From positions 1 to 54,612 of IMG/VR virus record IMGVR_UViG_3300020474_000018: a stretch of 54,612 bases of DNA, one strand, 5' to 3'. The position numbers were made by a program, and so were the translations under genes. This document shows, piece after piece, positions 46,223 to 53,943 of this stretch. The first letter of the stretch is position 1. Each line of letters opens with the position of its first letter. The notes under the pieces are model-generated. The model was given only the letters and a program-made list of their open reading frames with translations, was not told the DNA's origin and searched no databases. Origin of the DNA: a virus. Its lineage: Duplodnaviria > Caudoviricetes.

Positions 46223-47791
46223 ATGACCACACAACTCAGCCATGGACCTGAACTCCGCAACAAGGTTCTCGACGGCGTAAACACTCTTGCGGATTATGTA
46301 GCAACAACTCTTGGACCAAAAGGGCAGAACGTTCTGATTCACCAGAAAGATCGTCGACCCTTTATCACCAAAGATGGTGTTACTGTGGCGTCCAACGTTA
46401 GTTTTGAAGATCCGCATATGAATGCAGGTGCTGAGGTTGTAAAGCAAGTTTCTGCTATGACAAACAGTGAAGCTGGCGATGGCACCACAACCTCGACTGT
46501 CCTAGCAAGAGAAATTCTTATTCAAGCCAATAAACATATATCATCCGGCACCTCTCCCATTGAAATAAAGAGGGGCTTGGATCATTGTTTAGAGGAGGCA
46601 ATTCAGGTAATTGAAGAAATGTCTGAACCTATCTCATCTGCCGATGATGTCAGACATATCGCCACCATATCAGCAAACAATGATGACACAATCGGCAGCC
46701 TTGTAGCCACAGCCGTTGATGAGGTTGGTAAGAATGGTACTGTAACTATCGAAGAGGCTCGTTCCCTTGAGACAACCCTTGATCTTGTTGAGGGTTTTAG
46801 GTTTGATAGTGGCTTTGCGGCGACAGCATTCATAACAGACGAGAGAAGAGGGGTGTGTAGATATGAAAGTCCAATGTTCTTCATTACAGATTCAAAAATA
46901 GAGCAAGTAAATCAGATCCTCCCAGCACTTGAAATAGCAGCTAGAGAAAACAGACCGTTTGTAATTATAGCAGAAGAAGTGGAAGGTCAGGCTTTGGCTG
47001 CACTAATTATGAATACTATGCGCGGATCGATGAAGGTCGCCGCTGTAAAGGCTCCTCGATATGGGGAGGAAAGAAGGGCTATAATGAGCGACCTTGCGGT
47101 CTCAACAGGTGCAAAGTTTTTTCAGCAATCAATGGGTCACAATCTCTCTGATGTGTCATTGACTGATTTTGGAAAGGCTGCTAGTGTGGAGATCACCAAA
47201 AATACGACTACGATCGTTGATGGTGAAGGAGACTATGAACAAGTTGATGAGACTATTGAGAGAATCAAAGTCGAAATACAACAAACTGATGACATCCATG
47301 AAGCGGGACGACTCCAAGATCGTGTTACTCGTCTCTCTTCTGGCGTTGCTATTATCCGTGTTGGTGCTTCATCTGAAGTAGAGCTGATTGAGAAAAAGCA
47401 TCGCATCGAAGATGCTTTGGAAGCAGTTAGGTCAGCCCAGCAAGAAGGAATCGTACCAGGAGGTGGGATGACCCTGCTTCGTGTGTCCAATATGATCAAC
47501 CCAAATTTTGCCTCTGAGGAGCAAGCGACAGCATTTTCCATATTTAAAAGAGCGCTGGAGTCTCCATTCCGTACAATGGCTTCGAATGCAGGCTTAATAC
47601 CAGATGTTGTCATGTTAAAAGTTGAGGAATCAGAAGGCTTTGAGGGCATCAATTTTTCTAATGGCAATAAAGAAAATTTAAAAAAATCTGGCATTCTAGA
47701 CCCTGCGAAAGTTACTCGGTGTGCCCTTAAGAATGCTATATCGGTAGCGGGTACTCTTTTATTGACAAACCATAGTATTGTCCATAAATAG
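46223..47791 (+). CDS. groEL: Chaperonin GroEL
   Basis: TLGPKG, ITKDGVTVA, AGDGTTT, VKAPRYG, GIVPGGG and ILDPAKV; lacks the GGM tail. Confidence 0.97.
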   Translation: MTTQLSHGPELRNKVLDGVNTLADYVATTLGPKGQNVLIHQKDRRPFITKDGVTVASNVSFEDPHMNAGAEVVKQVSAMTNSEAGDGTTTSTVLAREILIQANKHISSGTSPIEIKRGLDHCLEEAIQVIEEMSEPISSADDVRHIATISANNDDTIGSLVATAVDEVGKNGTVTIEEARSLETTLDLVEGFRFDSGFAATAFITDERRGVCRYESPMFFITDSKIEQVNQILPALEIAARENRPFVIIAEEVEGQALAALIMNTMRGSMKVAAVKAPRYGEERRAIMSDLAVSTGAKFFQQSMGHNLSDVSLTDFGKAASVEITKNTTTIVDGEGDYEQVDETIERIKVEIQQTDDIHEAGRLQDRVTRLSSGVAIIRVGASSEVELIEKKHRIEDALEAVRSAQQEGIVPGGGMTLLRVSNMINPNFASEEQATAFSIFKRALESPFRTMASNAGLIPDVVMLKVEESEGFEGINFSNGNKENLKKSGILDPAKVTRCALKNAISVAGTLLLTNHSIVHK

Positions 47792-47822
47792 GTAACTAAT
47801 TATCTTTGTGGAGGGACCAACA

Positions 47823-48092
47823 ATGTCAAACCAACAGGATTACAACTTAGAGTTACAATCAAAACTAGATAAAGTTTGCAACGGCATAGATGTTATGAGC
47901 GACAAGCAAGAACAGATGTCGGAGGATATAGCGAAAATAAAAGAAGCGGTATACAATCCAGACCAAGGATTGTATGCAAGACTTAGAGAGCTAGAATCTT
48001 GGAAGAAAACCTCATCCAGGATGATATGGACCTTGTTTACTACCATGATTGGTTTAATAGGTGCCTTTATATTGAAAAATTTAGGAGTATAA
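47823..48092 (+). CDS. Coiled-coil protein with a C-terminal transmembrane helix (holin/XhlA-like layout)
   Basis: C-terminal MIWTLFTTMIGLIGAFIL; ACTAATTAT motif at 47795 upstream. Confidence 0.45.
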   Translation: MSNQQDYNLELQSKLDKVCNGIDVMSDKQEQMSEDIAKIKEAVYNPDQGLYARLRELESWKKTSSRMIWTLFTTMIGLIGAFILKNLGV

Positions 48093-48380
48093 ATGTTAGT
48101 AGAGATTAAAACCCTTCGTATCGAAAACGAGGGGTACAAGAGAAACATTTCTCTAAATAGAATTTACGTAAATGCAAGTAACATAATCTCAATAACAGAT
48201 TATGACGGCGCAACAAGCTTTTTGCTAAGAGAACAATCTAATTTAAGTAGTGAAAGCTTTTCTTTGATAAAGTTGAGTGAAGGCGGAGCAGTCCAGGAAA
48301 TAATCGCCTTTGGCTCAGCAGAGCAAATTTTTAATAAATTAAACAAAGTATCCAACGGAAAGAGATTATTAAATGACTGA
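48093..48380 (+). CDS. Hypothetical protein
   Basis: 95 aa; AGGAG RBS. Confidence 0.55.
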   Translation: MLVEIKTLRIENEGYKRNISLNRIYVNASNIISITDYDGATSFLLREQSNLSSESFSLIKLSEGGAVQEIIAFGSAEQIFNKLNKVSNGKRLLND

Positions 48381-48615
48381 TAGATATATAATTGTTGGCA
48401 GAGTATCTTGTCCTTTTTGTGTCAAGGCAGTGGATTACTGTAAAGCAAAATCAGCGGAATTTATTTTTCTAGATTATATTGAAAGACCAGATATTCTAGA
48501 TGAGTATAAGCAGTTCCATAATCAATCGACTGTACCAATAATTTTAGCTAACGACATGGACACAGGACATACAGAAAAAATTGGAGGATACTCAGATCTA
48601 CTGGAGCATTTATAG
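48373..48615 (+). CDS. Glutaredoxin
   Basis: CPFC, TVPII and IGGYSDL. Confidence 0.9.
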   Translation: MTDRYIIVGRVSCPFCVKAVDYCKAKSAEFIFLDYIERPDILDEYKQFHNQSTVPIILANDMDTGHTEKIGGYSDLLEHL

Positions 48616-48953
48616 TGTCAACCAGTACCACAACACCTATTAAGTTAAGCGTGTTAAGGGTCTTGTATAAGGGGTTAGAGCCGGTCAGGGATCGTCTCGA
48701 CAGCATATTAGAAGATTTTTACAAGAAAAATATAATACTTTCTCAGGCAGAACATACCGCGGTCTTGGAGTTCCGTTCTGCAGCATCCACTGTTGAACTG
48801 CTTCTTTTAGACTATTTTGAACAGGCTCAGGACAACAATGTGGATACCCTCTATCTTCCAAATAAAGAGTTTCACTTATTGTTAGATCTCTCTAAGACAG
48901 CAGAGTTAGCCTACCGCGCCCCAATCGCCAACTCTGGACTATGGACCCACTAA
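48615..48953 (+). CDS. Hypothetical protein
   Basis: 112 aa, coupled ORF with GTG start. Confidence 0.5.
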   Translation: MSTSTTTPIKLSVLRVLYKGLEPVRDRLDSILEDFYKKNIILSQAEHTAVLEFRSAASTVELLLLDYFEQAQDNNVDTLYLPNKEFHLLLDLSKTAELAYRAPIANSGLWTH

Positions 48954-49291
48954 TGAATCTTTATATCGGAATAATATTAGTTTTTATTGGCCAAATAATT
49001 GGCTGGTTTCAATTAAATGCTCAATATACATCTGAGTGGTGGAAGGATAAGCCCATCTGGGCGGCATTTCTGCTTGGTGTGCCCTGTTCTATCGCCTTCT
49101 GGTACTCTTGGAAGTTTATAGTAGATGAGACAGGCTCAGCGTGGACAGCAAGGTTTATCGGCTCTTCAGCGGGTCTTATTATTTTTCCTATATTAACATG
49201 GTTCCTTCTAGGTGAATCCATGTTTACGGCTAAAACAATGATTTGCTTTGGTCTTGCAATTTTAATAATTTTAATTCAACTTTTCTATTGA
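48941..49291 (+). CDS. Small four-TM membrane protein (DMT/SMR-like layout)
   Basis: Four hydrophobic segments and a LTWFLLGE motif. Confidence 0.6.
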   Translation: MDPLMNLYIGIILVFIGQIIGWFQLNAQYTSEWWKDKPIWAAFLLGVPCSIAFWYSWKFIVDETGSAWTARFIGSSAGLIIFPILTWFLLGESMFTAKTMICFGLAILIILIQLFY

Positions 49292-49315
49292 CATCAAAAA
49301 TATCGTGGTTATATT
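49288..49315 (+). promoter_or_regulatory. sigma70-like promoter for hsp20
   Basis: TTGACA-N16-TATATT. Confidence 0.5.
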
Positions 49316-49322
49316 GTAAGTG

Positions 49323-49389
49323 TAGCCAAGTCGCCGTAAGGGACTGAGCTATAAAATGTAACTTGCTTAACAAGGAGGAATATAAAATG
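49323..49389 (+). promoter_or_regulatory. ROSE-like RNA thermometer in the hsp20 5' UTR
   Basis: 5' hairpin with a GTAA tetraloop, then CTTGCTT-AAC-AAGGAG pairing the Shine-Dalgarno with a bulged G. Confidence 0.65.
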
Positions 49390-49821
49390 AATGCAATTAC
49401 TACATACCGACCTGGTCTACTAGGCCACCAAGTTATCAACGAGGTGTTTGATAATTTTTTCAACGATAGGGATCTGTTCTCTAATGTTCTCAAGCAATCC
49501 ACAAAAGGCTATCCCGTTGCCGACATTTATCGAGACGACGATGGCTCTACAGTGTTGGAGTTTGCCCTAGCGGGGTTCAAGAAGAAAGAACTGTCCGTGG
49601 ACATTCAGCCTGGGAAGAGAACGATCACTATCACTGGCCAAGTTGACGAGAAGAACCCAAAGAGACAAAGGATTGCTCGCAGGAACTTTACAAGAACATT
49701 TGTAAACTATGATGATAATCTTGACTTGGAAGAAGCAGAAGCTCAGTTTGAAAATGGTTTATTGACTGTTAGAGTTCCGCAAAGGCCAGAGGCCCAACCT
49801 TTGACCATTGAAATCAAGTGA
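49387..49821 (+). CDS. Small heat-shock protein (Hsp20/IbpA family)
   Basis: YPVADI, LEFALAGF, IARRNFTRTF and AQFENGLLTV.VP; AGGAGG RBS. Confidence 0.93.
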   Translation: MNAITTYRPGLLGHQVINEVFDNFFNDRDLFSNVLKQSTKGYPVADIYRDDDGSTVLEFALAGFKKKELSVDIQPGKRTITITGQVDEKNPKRQRIARRNFTRTFVNYDDNLDLEEAEAQFENGLLTVRVPQRPEAQPLTIEIK

Positions 49822-49826
49822 TTTGG

Positions 49827-49852
49827 GGGGAGCGAAAGCTCCCCTATTTTTT
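49827..49852 (+). terminator. Terminator between convergent genes
   Basis: GGGGAGC-GAAA-GCTCCCC followed by TATTTTTT. Confidence 0.85.
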
Positions 49853-50761
49853 GTTGGTTGAATACTGCACAATCTTCGCCTTTGCGTTCTGAATCTGACC
49901 GTCAAGATTGTAAATGTCTGCAGACCGCCACTTGGTCTTTAGTTTTTTCAAGAATTGAATTTCTGCCTTGTAAGCATAGATTTCGCTCGCACTGCGCGCC
50001 GCTGCCACCAATGGATTGACCTCGCTTAAGATTTGATTGTACAAAATTTTCATATCTTTGGGTCCAACTCCAGTTATTTTTTGCGTGTCCGTATCGAAGT
50101 CAAAAAGTCCTGCTTCGATAGCTTTTTGGAATATTTCTTTTACTTTTTGGTTTATAAATTTATCAAACTCCCTTGGTTCAACCGCATGAGCTACTTCGTG
50201 CACGATTGTACTGGCGACCTCCATGGCTTGGCCGGCAATATGATAATCGATTTCGTCGGTAATGTCTTTGTGAATTTTTTTGAAGTCCTTCGTGAGCTGC
50301 TTTGGAGATGCTTTTTTGCTGAACTTATTTTGATTAACAATATCGTCCTTAAACCCGCGCAGCACATCACCGCTTTGCCATCTAGTTCGAAACCCAGAGA
50401 GATTAACAAAAGCGGTGTCATCTGTCTTTTTCTGCGCACCAGTGAGTTTGCTGTCGTATTCACTCGCTACAATCTGTCCAATTTTAAGCGAATCTGCATC
50501 TTTGAAATAATAGTCAGCCCACCGTAGAATATACCGTGGGGTTTTGTCCCAGTAGTGACCAAGGTTATCATCACTTGGGCTATCATGAAATATTATTTTA
50601 TTAAGAACAGGTGAACTTTTAATAACTTCAGGCCCCGCCAATTCGATAAGTTCATAAGCTTTGTCGATAATTTGTTGTTCTGGAAACGGCATGCCCGCCA
50701 CATTCTTCTCCTCACTTAAGAGGAATTTCCTCCAACTCTCCATTATTAGTTTGTATTGCAT
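49844..50761 (-). CDS. Putative zincin-like metallopeptidase with KLIMESWRKFL leader
   Basis: 305 aa; STIVHEVAHAVE HExxH motif and a downstream SEIYAY Glu; the only convincing minus-strand gene. Confidence 0.6.
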   Translation of the reverse strand: MQYKLIMESWRKFLLSEEKNVAGMPFPEQQIIDKAYELIELAGPEVIKSSPVLNKIIFHDSPSDDNLGHYWDKTPRYILRWADYYFKDADSLKIGQIVASEYDSKLTGAQKKTDDTAFVNLSGFRTRWQSGDVLRGFKDDIVNQNKFSKKASPKQLTKDFKKIHKDITDEIDYHIAGQAMEVASTIVHEVAHAVEPREFDKFINQKVKEIFQKAIEAGLFDFDTDTQKITGVGPKDMKILYNQILSEVNPLVAAARSASEIYAYKAEIQFLKKLKTKWRSADIYNLDGQIQNAKAKIVQYSTNKK

Positions 50762-50765
50762 AATT

Positions 50766-50774
50766 ATAACTAGT
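50766..50774 (-). promoter_or_regulatory. Putative late promoter motif ACTAGTTAT on the minus strand
   Basis: Ends 4 nt before the ATG of the minus-strand gene; no SD sequence. Confidence 0.45.
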
Positions 50775-50789
50775 TTTCTTCGTTTCCCA

Positions 50790-50818
50790 TTGACTATTTA
50801 TAGTAAAAAGGGTATAAT
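50790..50818 (+). promoter_or_regulatory. Overlapping sigma70-like promoter and late motif
   Basis: TTGACT-N17-TATAAT with ACTATTTAT at 50793-50801 overlapping the -35 box. Confidence 0.6.
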
Positions 50819-50824
50819 ACTACT

Positions 50825-52681
50825 ATGAATTTCAACAACACATGGCGAAACTACGTCAACCAACGTCCCAAATCCAAGGGCCTTCTTCTCGGAGAGCAGA
50901 TTATCCGAGAGAGAAGGTTAATAGCAGAAGGTAAGAAAGACGATGCAAAGAAAGCAAACCCTATCACTGACTCTTTTGAAGTGGTGGACGTCCTGGCTAT
51001 CCAACTCCGAGCAGAATTTGGCGACAAAGGCATGGCGAAGTATATTGGTTACGCCACCAGAGAAATGGAAGAGTTCTATAGACAGAACACAAGAAAAGAT
51101 GGGAATAGATATATCTTAAATCCGGATGTCTTGGCAACGCGCCACTTTGAAGAGGTCATGGGGTCAGTGTTAGGTTTCCATAGAAATTTACAAAGACTCG
51201 AACTAAAAGACATAAACAAATACACACTACAGTCTTTGACTAGAGTAATAGAAGAGCTTGGCCAATCCGAAACCGCAAGAAAGAAAGCTTTCTATGATGA
51301 AAAAGAAGCAAAGAGAAACTCTGAGTTAGTTTTTAACTCGAATGGTATACATGCAGTTAGACCACTTACAACTCAGGCTTCGTGCTTCTTCGGTCACAAC
51401 CCAAGGCTTACTACTTGGTGTATATCAACAAAATCAAAGAGAAACTACTTCAAGCAATATACAGAAGAGGAAGGCAAGGCGTTTGTGATGGTTAGGTTTT
51501 TTGGTGTTGAGGAAGGAACCGACAATCATATGTGTTCCATGCAATTTTCAGGACCAGGAGAGCCAGAATTTGAGATGTGGTGGGACGGCCCAAGGAACAG
51601 GGCACAGAACCCGGATGACTTCTTCTCTGTTTTCCTAGAGCACGTCGAGGGAATGTTCCCAGACGATGAGGAAAACTGGTCTGACCTTGCACAAGAACTG
51701 CATGACAGCCTCGTCGCTGCAGCCACCGGTGTTGTGTGGGATGATCCACCTGCCGACCCAGTAGATGCCATCACGCCAAAGTGTGAAGCAATAGAGGCAG
51801 CTTTCAAGGAAAAGTCAGAATTTACCACAATTTGGTGGACGACAGACCAAGACACGTTTGAAGAGCATGGATATGTTGCGGTTGACTTTGGTGCAAACAC
51901 GGAGTTCAAACTCACACCAGAGGACCACGGAATTCCAGCAGAAGTTATAGGAAAAACTGATGAGTATAATTTCTGGCGTGGTCTAGAAAGTCGCTGGGAA
52001 AAAGCTTGCAAAGATGCTGGTCTTTATGCATATGAGAAATACGACTTGTATACGACTGCTGCAGCTGCTTCATTGCCAGAAGGCACCGTTGTATTAGGTC
52101 TGCAACACGAGGGTGATGAGACCGTAGGCGGCTACACGCTTGAAGGTTTCGAAGAATTTGCTGATGCTGCTTTGAATCTAGATAAGACAGACGCCATAGA
52201 GTCTATGAAGATGGCCATAGCCATCTTGCAGCAGGAGTTTGGAGAGCAAGAAACAGGCTTACCAGCAGAAGACGAGCAAGGTTTTGACGATGAGATAGAT
52301 GAGAATACGTTTTACAAAGATTTAGAAAAACAACTCCTTGGGGAAGAGAAAGGGAGAACCAGACAAAGAGGTATCTATAAGTTTCACTGTATGATTTCAT
52401 ATAGCCTCACAGCGGAACCGGAAAAGGCCAGAGGCCTAGATGACATCTTAGCTGACATGCGTGCATTACAAAACGTAACTATTGTTACTGTTGCGATAAG
52501 AAATCAAAAAATTGGAGAAGGTAGATATATAGCAGGTCTTGCGATTAAATTTATACCATCAATTCCAGGAGAAATCGGCCAGCCGGAAATGACAAAAGCA
52601 AGAATAGTCAGAGACATAAAGAGATTAGCAAATATAAAATCACTTTTTAAACTATCAGCAGGATTAACAAGATTAGAATGA
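50825..52681 (+). CDS. Multidomain hypothetical protein, possibly virion-internal
   Basis: 618 aa; ASCFFG...TWCIS...NYF.QY motif, acidic middle and a distinct basic C-terminal domain. Confidence 0.6.
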   Translation: MNFNNTWRNYVNQRPKSKGLLLGEQIIRERRLIAEGKKDDAKKANPITDSFEVVDVLAIQLRAEFGDKGMAKYIGYATREMEEFYRQNTRKDGNRYILNPDVLATRHFEEVMGSVLGFHRNLQRLELKDINKYTLQSLTRVIEELGQSETARKKAFYDEKEAKRNSELVFNSNGIHAVRPLTTQASCFFGHNPRLTTWCISTKSKRNYFKQYTEEEGKAFVMVRFFGVEEGTDNHMCSMQFSGPGEPEFEMWWDGPRNRAQNPDDFFSVFLEHVEGMFPDDEENWSDLAQELHDSLVAAATGVVWDDPPADPVDAITPKCEAIEAAFKEKSEFTTIWWTTDQDTFEEHGYVAVDFGANTEFKLTPEDHGIPAEVIGKTDEYNFWRGLESRWEKACKDAGLYAYEKYDLYTTAAAASLPEGTVVLGLQHEGDETVGGYTLEGFEEFADAALNLDKTDAIESMKMAIAILQQEFGEQETGLPAEDEQGFDDEIDENTFYKDLEKQLLGEEKGRTRQRGIYKFHCMISYSLTAEPEKARGLDDILADMRALQNVTIVTVAIRNQKIGEGRYIAGLAIKFIPSIPGEIGQPEMTKARIVRDIKRLANIKSLFKLSAGLTRLE

Positions 52682-53277
52682 CAACGAAAACACCTCAGCA
52701 ATTTCGAAGACAAAACGTCAAAAACCTTTTTGACAAAATTCTAAAGAGAGGAAAAACAGAACTTATACCACTTTCTATAGATATTTCAGAATCTATAGAA
52801 GATGGGTTAACAACGGTGAATTTATCTTTAACGGAGAAATCTTATCATTCGGTAAAGGTTAAATTTTTAAAGGATATAAAGGCAAAAGGCTACGTAGATG
52901 GCCTTTTCAAAGGACTGCAGGAAGAATACAAAGAATCTTACCCAACCCTAAATAGAATAAAATTAATAGACTTATCAGTTATACCTACCATTAAGAAGAC
53001 CAGCAGCGTAGGTTCCGATGCTAAAACTAATGTATCGCTTTCAGTTAATGTTGATCAACATGGAGAGGCGGAGTTCTACCATAGATCCCGATCAATGGTT
53101 CGCTCAAGCTTCTTTGCTGTCTTGAAGGCATTTGAATTTTATATAAATTGTGAAAGAACATTTGTGAGTTTGAAGAATATCCTAGAAGATGCACAGTCTC
53201 GCAACCGCGGTGATATAATACAGACTTGCTTGCTAGATCTAAGTAAGTTGACAGAAGTCAATACTTATGAAGGGTGA
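52678..53277 (+). CDS. Hypothetical protein
   Basis: 199 aa, coupled ORF (ATGA overlap). Confidence 0.55.
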   Translation: MTTKTPQQFRRQNVKNLFDKILKRGKTELIPLSIDISESIEDGLTTVNLSLTEKSYHSVKVKFLKDIKAKGYVDGLFKGLQEEYKESYPTLNRIKLIDLSVIPTIKKTSSVGSDAKTNVSLSVNVDQHGEAEFYHRSRSMVRSSFFAVLKAFEFYINCERTFVSLKNILEDAQSRNRGDIIQTCLLDLSKLTEVNTYEG

Positions 53278-53359
53278 AAAACCAAACTGGCCTTTTGTAG
53301 TATCAGCTATTTTTTTAGCCATTGCCTTGCATTTAGTCAAAATTAAAATGAACTTGTAA
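53267..53359 (+). CDS. Possible 30-aa membrane microprotein
   Basis: Own translation MKGEKPNWPFVVSAIFLAIALHLVKIKMNL*; fills the intergenic gap. Confidence 0.35.
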   Translation: MKGEKPNWPFVVSAIFLAIALHLVKIKMNL

Positions 53360-53390
53360 TCTACACTCTAATTATTCATAGAAGAATACT

Positions 53391-53663
53391 ATGAGTGAAT
53401 GCAACAAAATTTTGAGAGGTCTTAGGGTCGGAGACTTAGTGACACACGCGCTGTACGGCGACCGATGGGTTGGACTTATAATTGATTTTGAAGAGGTTTT
53501 CGATAGTAAATCTAAGAATAGAAAAATAAAAGCACTAATACAAATACAACCAGGCACTGACTTTGAGGGGTTCTTCAAGAGAACTTCTCCAAAAGATAGA
53601 ATTAACGACAATCGAGGTTTTGTGTCAGTTCACTGGCTGTTTAAAATAAAAGAGAGAAAATGA
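53391..53663 (+). CDS. Hypothetical protein (SH3/KOW-like start)
   Basis: LRVGDLV...GLII pattern. Confidence 0.5.
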   Translation: MSECNKILRGLRVGDLVTHALYGDRWVGLIIDFEEVFDSKSKNRKIKALIQIQPGTDFEGFFKRTSPKDRINDNRGFVSVHWLFKIKERK

Positions 53664-53881
53664 AATCTTTAGATTTACACGGAACGAAACACGAAGAAGC
53701 AGACGAAAAGGTCAGAAGATTTCTAAATTTTGTGTGCCTGCCCTGTTATATAATTACAGGTAATTCTAAGGAAATGAAAGACATTGTTAGAGCCATTGTA
53801 AAAGAATATAAATGGCACTGTCACGAGAAAGACAGCTATAATAGTGGCACATTAATTATTAAAGATCAATTATTATGGTAA
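53660..53881 (+). CDS. Stand-alone Smr-domain protein
   Basis: SLDLHG, IITGNS and NSGTLII. Confidence 0.75.
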   Translation: MKSLDLHGTKHEEADEKVRRFLNFVCLPCYIITGNSKEMKDIVRAIVKEYKWHCHEKDSYNSGTLIIKDQLLW

Positions 53882-53885
53882 ATGC

Positions 53886-53914
53886 TTGACAAAGTCAAAC
53901 AAATCTGATATAGT
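53886..53914 (+). promoter_or_regulatory. sigma70-like promoter for uvsE
   Basis: TTGACA-N17-TATAGT with TG extension. Confidence 0.65.
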
Positions 53915-53943
53915 ATACACACAATCACAACAAAGGTAACACA

